DNA of 29,754 nt from Octopus sinensis. Its lineage: Eukaryota. Below the pieces are notes generated by a model, which made no database searches, had not been told where the DNA came from, and was given only the letters and a program-made list of their open reading frames with translations. Each line of letters opens with the position of its first letter. Within the stretch, counting starts at the first letter, position 1. Where the stretch lies: assembly GCF_006345805.1 (NCBI RefSeq), contig NW_021832883.1, forward strand, positions 1-29,754, given 5' to 3'. A program made the position numbers and the translations under genes. Positions 11,248-21,395 of this stretch are shown piece after piece.

Positions 11248-12008
11248 GAATATATAAGCCCCCCTTGTAAAATGCTATGCAAATCTTACTGGGGGTTCGA
11301 AATCAAAATGCAGAATATATTTTTTCCGATGTACTATCAATTCTTTCAACCCACCATTTGCAAAGTATTAATTTCCTTTCCGAAAGTAATAAAATAATCA
11401 ACTCTTTTAATTAATGCAAAATCAGTTAATCTGTTATCAGCATAATAGTATTTTTTCTGGCCCACCCATGTGAGAAAAATATTAAAGCTGCGTTGCACCA
11501 TTCGCTGTTTGAAACAAAACCTTATGACGTGTGTAACTCCATACTGGAAAACTATCACAAGCATATATAATCTCACTTCCCTAAGCATCTAATAGTATAA
11601 TATATTTAAACGCTAATCGATTAAGACAGTCGTTTTATATTACTGATATTTCTTACGTCTATCGCGTATGTATAAAACCAATAGAAATTATTACAAGGTT
11701 TGAATCCAGGTCTTAGGTGACGGAAACAAAATTCTGCACAGAAATATTTCAGTGATATATTGTCACGAAGAATTTTCATCGGACTTAACGAATACAAATT
11801 TTGATATTTAATAAATATACGAGAGAGACAATAAAGTCTTTGGGAGTGAGTTCCTTTTACATGAAAGAATAATACGAGAAAATGTTAAGAATACATAGAT
11901 TTTTTAATTCTATAGAATCTTCTTTCATAAACAAAATAATTGCCAAAATCTTGTATCTGTCTATATGTCAATCCAATGAAAAATACTTCAAGGAAAAAAA
12001 TAGCGGAG

Positions 12009-12041
<33 letters not shown>

Positions 12042-12162
12042 CTTATTCTAACCTTAATATTTCTTTACAATGAATCACAGGGCTGTCCAATAGAAAGCAA
12101 AAACATTCGTTGAATAACGGTTTGGCTTTAAAATGTTTTCACAACGGATTGTGTTTGCCATC

Positions 12163-12397
12163 AAAGAGAGATTTCCCTCAGAAGTGTTTTTGATGAACGT
12201 ATATGGAAGTCTTTTTTTTATTCCACGCTGAAAAAGACACACACATATGTGTGTATACTTCCCAGTACACATAGATGTTTGCGTGCGCTTTTAATGATAC
12301 ATACGGGTGTGAAAGCGCACGTTTAGTAATAAGTGTGTATACAAATATAGATATGCGCGCGCGTGTAGAGACAGGCATATATATAAACGTATCTATA

Positions 12398-12430
<33 letters not shown>

Positions 12431-12792
12431 GTAATTATCTATCTACATATATATATACAAATACATTTTCATGTAGTTATATGTATATTCATATATATAT
12501 AATATGTGTATGTATATATATAATATACATGTGTATATATATACACGTATTTATACACAACACACACACACATATATATATATATAATATATATATATAT
12601 ATATGTATATATATACGTATGAGTTTATATATATATATGCGAGTGTGTATGCATTATATACATATATTGTAATTTATATAGAAACAAAATGATATATATA
12701 TAATTTATGTATATATAATATATACACAAAAAATTATATTATATACACAACACACACTCGTGTATATATATTGTATATATATATATATATAT

Positions 12793-12823
<31 letters not shown>

Positions 12824-13384
12824 ATAAGAGCAGCAGTACACGTAATGCATCACAATATACGGGTGTCCTTTAAGAGTCCTTATAGCGTGAGATACGTGTA
12901 GTAATTCCTTTAATATTACAAATGTATTTAAAAGGGAATAAATAAATTATATATTTTGTGTAAAGTTTTCCCTTAACTCGTTATTCACGCTGACTACTCG
13001 ATAAATTCTTACACCGGTTTTATCCTTATATTTAATTTTAACTTTGTATATATACATAGATAAATATATATATATATATATATATTTATCTATGTATATA
13101 TACAAAGTTAAAATTATATATATATTTATCTATGTATATATACAAAGTTAAAATTAAATATAAGGATAAAACCGGTGTAAGAATTTATCGAGTAGTCAGC
13201 GTGAATAACGAGTTAAGGGAAAACTTTACACAAAATATATAATTTATTTATTCCCTTTGAAATACATTTGTATATTAAAGGAATTACTACACGTATCTCA
13301 CGCTATAAGGACTCTTAATAGGACACCCGTATATTGTGATGCATTCACGTGTACTGCTGCTCTTCATATATATTTTTTATATAT

Positions 13385-13434
<50 letters not shown>

Positions 13435-13596
13435 TATATACACATGTGTGTGTGTATATATATATATATAAATTTTTGTGTATATATATATATATATATA
13501 CATAAATTTATATATATATCATTTTGTTTCTATATAAATTACAATATATGTATATAAATGCATACACACTCGCATATATATATATAAACTCATATG

Positions 13597-13655
<59 letters not shown>

Positions 13656-13805
13656 TGTGTGTGTGTGTGTGTGTATAAATACGTGTATATATATACACAT
13701 GTATATATATATATACATACACATATTATATATATATGAATATACATATAACTACATGAAAATGTATTTGTATATATATATGTAGATAGATAATTACATA
13801 TATAT

Positions 13806-13836
<31 letters not shown>

Positions 13837-14087
13837 TATATATATACATATATATAGATACGTTTATATATATGCCTGTCTCTACACGCGCGCGCATATC
13901 TATATTTGTATACACACTTATTACTAAACGTGCGCTTTCACACCCGTATGTATCATTAAAAGCGCACGCAAACATCTATGTGTACTGGGAAGTATACACA
14001 CATATGTGTGTGTCTTTTTCAGCGTGGAATAAAAAAAAGACTTCCATATACGTTCACCAAAAACACTTCTGAGGGAAATCTCTCTTT
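12163..14087. repeat. About 1.9-kb near-perfect palindrome (inverted duplication) turning at (TA)n near 13073
   Basis: Arms 12163-~13072 and ~13073-14087 are reverse complements; the ORF track gives identical peptides at 12178-12378(-) and 13872-14072(+). There is a 40-bp tandem duplication just right of the apex (13081-13120 and 13121-13160). Confidence 0.92.
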
Positions 14088-14100
14088 ATATATATTTACG

Positions 14101-14368
14101 ATTGCAGCGTGGAAGGTGTTTATAAGCCATTTAAGAAACACACAAAAGCCGTTCGATTCACTTCAACATTTAAGTTTAATTTGTCAAAATATTTTGGTCG
14201 CTAAAATCCGCGACCTGTTCACTGACAAAAATCCGGATTTTTGTCAGTGAACAGGTCGCGGATTTTAGCGACGAAAATATTTTGACAAATTAAACTTAAA
14301 TGTTGAAGTGAATCGAACGGCTTTTGTGTGTTTCTTAAATGGCTTATAAACACCTTCCACGCTGCAAT
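14101..14368. mobile_element. 268-bp spacer-less palindrome (134-bp arms, one mismatch) with a hammerhead-like fold
   Basis: Apex is AAAAATCC|GGATTTTT at 14234/14235; the only mismatch is 14196 versus 14273. Confidence 0.9.
14240..14289 (+). ncRNA. Variant type I hammerhead candidate with a G3-C8 core (GUGAACA)
   Basis: Stem I tttgtca/tgacaaa (7 bp); GTGAACA at 14247-14253; one extra G; stem II gtcgc/gcgac; GAAA at 14273-14276; palindromic AATATT stem III; predicted cleavage after 14282 (UUU triplet). Confidence 0.5.
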
Positions 14369-14604
14369 TGTTTTCGTTTCAGCACACGATCTCAGATCAA
14401 ATTACTTGCTATGCGAGTACATCTCCATATATATTTATGTATATATATATATACATATTTATATATGTATATATATAGAGAGAGATATTAGTATATGCAT
14501 ATTTATATACATACATATGGATATATATATGTGTGTGTGTGTGTGTGTATGTGTGTGTGTGTGTATGTGTATACATATTTACATATTATATTTTATTGTT
14601 TTAT

Positions 14605-14657
14605 TTTGTTACTTGTTTCAGTCATTTGACTGTGGCCATGTTGGAGCACCGCCTTTA
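14605..14657 (-). mobile_element. SINE 3' tail fragment
   Basis: ttacttgtttcagtcatttgactgtggccatgttggagcaccgccttt. Confidence 0.75.
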
Positions 14658-14918
14658 ATATATAATATATATATATATAATATATATATTATATATATAT
14701 ATATATTATTAAACATATAATGTATATACACACACACAAACACATATATATATATTTATATATAGTTATATGCATATATTTGTACATATATATGTATGTA
14801 TATATATATGTATATAGATATATATATACGTATATATATATGTGTATATATCTGTATGTATATGCACATATCTGTATGTTTATGTATATAAATACTATTT
14901 ATTATTTTTATTATCATC

Positions 14919-14951
<33 letters not shown>

Positions 14952-15634
14952 CGTTATACGCAGAACAATACTAATCCTCAAAAAATAGTTAAAAAGTAAG
15001 AAGCCAAAAAGTAAAACGATGGTATAATACGCCGTGACCGTTTCATTGTTTCCAAGATTTTTCCAAACATTGGAAATACGCATTTTTCATAGACATACCG
15101 TTGTTAAGGGAAACACGATTAACATCAGCTACGGTTGCCCATAGTTTTCTTTGATTCCAGAGCCAGTAGAAACAAAACATATTCTCCAGTTTTAATAAGC
15201 AAAATGTTATATAATTACATCAGGCTTAATGCATGTTCTCTCAACGGAACGTATCTCAAATTCATCGTGATAAAAGCGTTTGCTGCAAATAACTTTTAAA
15301 CAAAGAGATATACAGGACTGAATGTTGCATTATATGCCTGCATTCAGATAATTACCCAGTTGCATCGCTACATTAATATATATAAATTTAAAAAAAGTTA
15401 CAAGATCATGTCTTTTATATTAGCGAACCATGTCGTGTCCCGCTCGCTTTTCGTAGAAGTATAACGTCTCACTACGGCATTTCGTTGTTTTTTATAACTT
15501 TATACAAAATATTGGAAATGGTTCGTTGTTGGTGATGCTTTCCATTGGCAAACATTGAGGAAAACGTTTATTTCATCCCCACATTATATATGTGTGTGTG
15601 CGCACGCCCGTAAACACACACACACACACACACA

Positions 15635-15671
<37 letters not shown>

Positions 15672-15676
15672 ATGAT

Positions 15677-15783
15677 AAGAAGAAGAAGACGAAGAAGGAG
15701 AAGAAGAAGAAGGAGAAGAAGAAGAAGAAGAAGAAGAAGAAGAAGAAGAAGAAGAAGAAGAAGAAGAAGAAGAAGAAGAAGAA
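15677..15783. repeat. (GAA)n microsatellite
   Basis: About 35 near-perfect AAG units; this is the source of the poly-R ORF at 15555-15923. Confidence 0.95.
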
Positions 15784-15967
15784 TTATAACAATAACATTA
15801 AAGATAATAATACTAACATTAATGATAATAACAAAGTTTTTAGTGCTGCGCTTGTTAAATAATAGAAAACTCTGTCCAAACCCCTTACCTGCGACTATAT
15901 TCTGGAGTTGCTTTACTAGATAATATATATATATATATTATTTATTATATATATATTATTAATTATA

Positions 15968-16363
15968 TCTTTATATATAAAAGTCAAGTTGTGTGTCTGT
16001 CTCCTACGATTTAGATTCCTAACTACTCGCACATTTTGCGGTGAAGTTTAACCAAAACCGGGTATCTTATAGTCGTGATTCATATCGAGCCCTTCTAGGT
16101 ATTAGCGCGTGTCTACGATGAGTCTACGATTAAAAAAAAAATTACCATAATTTTTTTTCCATTTTAATGCATTTTTTTCGCTATTAAATAAGGGAAGTAA
16201 CTCTCTAAAAATGTCTACGATGAGTCAACGATTTAAAAAAAATTCACCATCATTTTTTTCTATTTTTAATCCATTTTTTTGCTACTTTTGGCTATAACTC
16301 TCTAAAAATGCTTATATAGTTATTTCCCTTACAAACCCGAGCAACGCCGGGCGATACTGCTAG
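15968..16363 (+). mobile_element. Complete non-autonomous Helitron (about 396 bp)
   Basis: It lies between an A (15967) and a T (16364). The 5' end is TCtttatatataaaagtcaag. A GC-rich subterminal hairpin cccgagcaacgccggg (16336-16351) precedes the terminal CTAG (16360-16363). There is an internal tandem duplication of about 100 bp (~16111-16308). Confidence 0.85.
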
Positions 16364-16391
16364 TTATATATATTATATATATATATATATA

Positions 16392-16790
16392 TAAAACTTA
16401 GATAAAACTTAGATATGTTTCGACCAGAGATTGGTCCAGGCCATGTCTAACTTAATAGCACCACCTGATAGGATTATTCGAATCCTGTTTAAGTCAAGTT
16501 TTGTTCAAGTAGTGAGTTCTTGTTGGGTGAGTTGTATCCAGTTTTGTTCAAGTAGTGAGTTCTTGTTGGGTGAGTTGTATCCAATTATGTGTGGCTTATC
16601 TGGTATTCTTTGAAGGAATCTATCCAGACTCTGTTTGAAGTTGATGGGATCCTTTTCCTCTTTGATCTCCCTCGGGACAATGTTAAATAGGGCAGGGCCT
16701 GTTGAGGAAAAGAAATTATGTTGCAGTGTACATGAATGTTGTGATCTTAGTGTAAAGTGTTTTTGAAATTCCTAGATACAGTTATAATAT
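16392..16790 (-). mobile_element. 5'-truncated CR1/L2-group LINE 3' end
   Basis: Minus strand translates LRSQHSCTLQHNFFSSTGPALFNIVPREIKEEKDPINFKQSLDRFLQRIPDKP, the typical ORF2 C-terminus GP.LFN.LP...FK..LD.FL..IPD.P. It has a 3' hairpin gacca/tggtc, a (tctaagtttta)2 tail and a 43-bp tandem duplication at 16497-16582. Confidence 0.8.
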
Positions 16791-17792
16791 TTGGAGAGAT
16801 TGGAAAGAAGTTTTTTTTCTCAAAGACTTAAGATTGAGAAAAGAACATTTTTAGTAAGTCGAAAACCACTAACATCTGGAAAGAGATTTCACAAAATGTG
16901 TGTGGCTTTTGCTTTTATAGATGTGCAAGTGATTATACATATATACGCATGTGTGTGTGTGAGTAAATATATATGTACATGTATATTGTCCGTGTATATA
17001 TATGCATATTCTGTTGTGTGTATGCATATATGCGCATGTGTATATGTGTATCTGTATATGTTTACACGTGAGTACGTATGTATGCTTATATGCTTGTAGC
17101 TGGGTATGCGTGCGTATATGTGCGCGTGTATATGGGTGTCTGTATCCATGCGGGTACGTATGTACAAGATGACCACTTAATACGTTACGAAGAACTAGAT
17201 AAGCTGCTCAACAACTCTGATTTACAATACACTAAGTCCCCAGACGCCCCTGTTGATTTATGACACCCAAGACTTCTACAACCAGAATTTGTCATTTTCC
17301 TGACCACCATGTTTGGTCCGTAACTACTATATATCCCTTATCCTTATATTCTTTTACATTTTTTATTATTTTTATTTCTATTTTTATTTTTATAACTTTA
17401 TACCTTTATATTCATTTATATTTTTTATATTTTTTATATCTCTTTATATCTTTATACTCTACATTTTTATATTTCTCTATACTTACATTTTTTTATATAT
17501 TTTTTATCCTTCGTCCTGAATTCTCGCTCCTCCATCTTTATCTCTATTTACTCTTATTACCAGGTTCCTTCACGTCTGTCTGCATTTATATATTTATATA
17601 TGTATATATTTATTTATTAATTTATTTACATTACTTCAACATCCAAATTTCCTCATTCTACATTGAGAGAAGAACGAGATGGACGCTTCATTTTTATGCT
17701 GTTGCCGCATTATGTCGTACGCGAATGAGAGGATTTGCATCCCCAACCAAGAATTTTTGATGTAATACATGTCCTTGTGAAAGTTGTTGTGC

Positions 17793-17870
17793 GCGGCTGA
17801 AGAAGGCCACAGACATACATTATGCATTGTTATAAATCCGTCTAATAAAGGCCCGAAACATATGTACCGC
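17793..17870 (+). ncRNA. Type I hammerhead ribozyme candidate, slightly decayed
   Basis: Stem I gcgg/ccgc; CTGAAGA at 17797-17803; stem II ggcc/ggcc with an A.C closing mismatch; GAAA at 17855-17858; ACATATGT stem III; predicted GUA cleavage after 17866. Confidence 0.6.
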
Positions 17871-18010
17871 TGAATCCTTGGCATCATGTTTCCATTTTGA
17901 TTAATTTACTCCACCACCTACACCACCAAACGGTATATACAGGTGCTTACAATTATCAAGTACTCACCCCGAATTTCTGTACTTAGCTTATATACGCATA
18001 TATATATATG

Positions 18011-18066
<56 letters not shown>

Positions 18067-19744
18067 TGTATGTGTGTGTGTGTGTGTTTGCGTGTTTGTG
18101 TGACTTTGTATGTTCCACCGCCGATTGACAACCAGTGTTCATTTGTCTTTTGTAATGTAGTGCTCGGTAGAAAGACACCGATGGTATAATTAGCATGCGT
18201 AAAGAAATAATTACGTTTTGTTCCACTAAAAACTTCAAAGCTGAGACCCTGTATAACTCCTGTCCAAAAACCGAAGCAAGTAAAACGTAAAAATATATGT
18301 ACTAATATTACACAGTTGTCTTTATCTTCCACCATCTTGGAACATTCTGACGGCAGCAACCTTAAGATTTTAGCTTGATTGGTTATAATTTCTGGTGTTT
18401 TTTTTACTATTGTTTTCATAAGAATAGATAAGGCGAATTTGTTAGGTGTTAGTTTTAATCAATTTGCTTAGAATCAGGTTCCTTTATGACTGAAGCAGCG
18501 TTTGTAATAGCTGTGTAACTAAATCTGGGCAGCGATTAGACGATAATTTATATAATGTTATCTACGTATACTGCAAATGAGGAAATATTTTTGTGGAAGC
18601 CTAGGAATAGCCTGAAAATATAAGAGAAAAATAAAACGTTGCGAGAGGTTTGTATCCCGGTAAAACGTTTTAGAGATTGCTTGTTAGAAATATCTTCTTA
18701 ACCAAGTTCAGAAGGTTGTTGACAATCCGAGAGAAATAGTTATCTGCGAAGATGATTGATATTTCGTTCCTGAGTAAGTAGCAATAAATAGTATGAACGA
18801 CATTTAGACAGTTATTGTAGAATTTTGTTGATGAATGTGTTGTGAACTTTCTCTGTGAAATTTGTAACATTTGAAGTGGTTGAATATAGCGCCAGGAATC
18901 CCCTTTGGGAGTTCGAAAGAAGAATGTTTTTTGTGTTGATGGACAGCATGATTCAGAAGGGAAGATGTTGCTGCTTCAACATGAGATTTTTAAAGAATTG
19001 TTAGAGACTTTTTTTTTTCCTGTTTTCAAAATCTTGAAAATAGCAGAAAAATGGCAATGGTCGCATGAGTACTTAACGCTGGAGCATACGCCATTTCGCC
19101 AAGGCCTGGTATATTTTAGCGATTTATCAGCGAAATTTTCAGATAGAACAAAACATACAAGTTTCAGATTTTGGAGTTACAGATTTTGGACGTCACGTAT
19201 TACGTCACTGCAAGAAAAGTGGCAGATTATTGTTATGAATTCTGCAATGGCTGTGTAGTTAGTGTTTCCAATTTCTATATGTTTGTATGCGTGTTCCCGT
19301 GCTAGCTTTCCGAGAACAATGTTGATAGGTGTGCATGCAATCTGCTAAAGTGTGGTCGTATTACTTGAGATCATTATTATGATGTATGATTCAGAGTGTC
19401 CGTGCGGTGTTGTTGATTTACTAATAACTATATAGATTAGCAATAATACAGAGTTTAATGCGCATTTGGGGATTTCTACAGGATAAAACTATTTGCGAAG
19501 GCATTTGATTCGCTTTCCTTTCGGTTTTTTTATCGGTATTTGTCTCGAGTCAGCGCATGAGGAATTTTATTTCATTTTTATGTCACTTAATGCGTTACGT
19601 TTCAAATAGTTCCTCTGGCTTTATCACATTATTTTAGTCATGTAATTCGGATTACAGTTTCAATGATTTTTTTTTTGTCCTCTGGACGATCCTGAATTTC
19701 TGTTGCTGAATATGCGTGGTTCTGTTTCAAAAAACATGTATAAT

Positions 19745-20088
19745 AACCACTTGATCCCGGGTACAGTCCCACTGCGTGGTACCTTAGACAAGCGTTTTCT
19801 ACTATAGCCTATAGCCTCGGACCCACCAAAGCCTTGTGACTGGTTATAGTAGATGGAAACAGGAAGAAGCCCGTCGTATACATACATATACATATATGTA
19901 CATATATGTGTGGGTATCTTTCTGTCTGTGTTTGTTCCACCCTCACCCCTTGACAACTGGTGTGCTTGTATTTTCATTTCCGTAACCTAGGGGCTCGTCA
20001 AATGATTATGCTAGAAGAAATACTAGGCATAAAAAATAGTGGAGTCAATCCATTCGAGTAAAAGCGCAAGACGGTGTACCAGCCGTGT
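19745..20088 (+). mobile_element. Diverged SINE copy
   Basis: cccgggtacagtcccactgcgtggtacctt...ctactatagcc...ccaaagccttgtga...gaagaagcccgtcg...ccttgacaactgg. Confidence 0.75.
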
Positions 20089-20121
20089 TTATATATATAA
20101 TATATATAACACACACACACA

Positions 20122-20198
<77 letters not shown>

Positions 20199-20203
20199 TA
20201 TAT

Positions 20204-20459
20204 ATGATTCCGAGTTCAGTTACACTGCATGGTACCTTGGGCAAGTGTGTTGTAAGTGGATTTGGTAGAGGGGATCTTAAAGAAGACACTCGTATATCTT
20301 ATTCGCGTTAACCAAAAATATATATATATATATATGTGTGTGTGTGTCTTTCTGTCAGTGTTTGTCACACATCACCGCTTGAGAATTTGTGTCGGTAACT
20401 TAGCAGTTCGGCAAAAAGGAAACCGATACAATAAAAACCACGCTTTATAAAAATCCTGG

Positions 20460-20460
<1 letters not shown>
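20204..20460 (+). mobile_element. Headless SINE copy with an internal deletion of about 30 bp
   Basis: atgattccgagttcagt...gggcaagtgt|gttgtaagtggatttggtag...cggtaacttagcagttcggcaaaa. Confidence 0.65.
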
Positions 20461-20535
<75 letters not shown>

Positions 20536-20538
20536 CTA

Positions 20539-20640
20539 GGCATAGCACTGTGGTATGATGCCTGCTGACCAACTACATGATTCCGAGTTCAGTACCACTG
20601 CATGGCACCTTTGGCAGGTGTGTTGTAAGTGGATTTGGTA
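20539..20640 (+). mobile_element. SINE 5' half with the same deletion of about 30 bp
   Basis: ggcatagcactgtggtatg...atgattccgagttcagtaccactgcatggcacctttggcaggtgt|gttgtaagtggatttggta. Confidence 0.65.
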
Positions 20641-20808
20641 TACACATCTATATACTTATACATATCTATAAACATGTATATATATATACATAAATATATA
20701 CATATAAAAATATATATTTATATACATATACATACATATATATAAATACACACGCACACACACACCCATATATATATATATATAATATATATATATATTT
20801 ATTTATTT

Positions 20809-20940
20809 ATTTATTTTATAGAAGGAGCTTCTACAGGACTAGAACTGTTTCATTCAAAAGAAATCATCAGGAAGCTTCCTGATGATTTCTTTTGAATGAA
20901 ACAGTTCTAGTCCTGTAGAAGCTGCTTCTATAAAATAAAT
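20809..20940. mobile_element. 132-bp spacer-less palindrome (66-bp arms, one mismatch) made of two back-to-back hammerheads
   Basis: Apex is GGAAG|CTTCC at 20874/20875; atttattttatagaaggagcttctacaggactagaac... mirrors ...gttctagtcctgtagaagctgcttctataaaataaat. Confidence 0.9.
20873..20923 (+). ncRNA. Type I hammerhead ribozyme candidate (mirror copy at 20826-20876 on the minus strand)
   Basis: Stem I agcttc/gaagct (6 bp); CTGATGA at 20879-20885; short stem II ttc-tttt-gaa with a U.U closing pair; GAAA at 20898-20901; stem III cag/ctg; predicted GUA cleavage after 20917. Confidence 0.65.
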
Positions 20941-21005
20941 TAATTTACTCTGCTATGTATTGAGTACCTTATTTACTGTGGTTAACCCCGACTCAACCCG
21001 GGACC

Positions 21006-21045
<40 letters not shown>

Positions 21046-21060
21046 CATAGATATATGTAT

Positions 21061-21325
21061 TGTTGTGACGAGACTTACGACTCCCCCTTGCGAGCGATAT
21101 ACTGGTCCGAGTAAAGTATAAGTAATAACGATCCGAGTTAGTTCAGGGTTCAGAATTTGAAGTCGAGTGAAGTTCGTGTTAGTTCACAGTGAAGTCGGAA
21201 AGTGTCATTTGGTTAGTTTAGAAGGAATATTGATTGCTGTTTCGTGAAGAGATTTGTTAGTTCTTTACATTGTTTTTACTGTTGTCTAAGTTATTTATGT
21301 ATTGTACATAAATCACGTTACAACA
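21061..21325 (+). mobile_element. Gypsy-type 5' LTR (265 bp)
   Basis: Starts TGTTGTGACG and ends CGTTACAACA (9/10 inverted match, TG...CA). It is followed 2 nt later by a PBS and then gag. Confidence 0.85.
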
Positions 21326-21327
21326 TC

Positions 21328-21338
21328 TGGCGACGAGG
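21328..21338 (+). promoter_or_regulatory. Primer-binding site of the LTR retrotransposon
   Basis: TGGCGACGAGG directly downstream of the LTR, starting with TGG complementary to tRNA CCA. Confidence 0.8.
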
Positions 21339-21395
21339 ATTTGGAAGCTCAACTAGGTTATGTAACAAGTTGTTTGTGATACGACTTGTTAAATA

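Noticed and set aside
17170-17520. Short peptide-like stretch (DDHLIRYEELDKLL...) followed by a T-rich tract
   Set aside because: It could be an exon or a retroelement 3' end, but no family motif or convincing splice pair was recognised.
18400-19620. Possible very old LINE (endonuclease/linker region) on the minus strand
   Set aside because: Only faint motif resemblances with many stops; it cannot be supported without a profile search.
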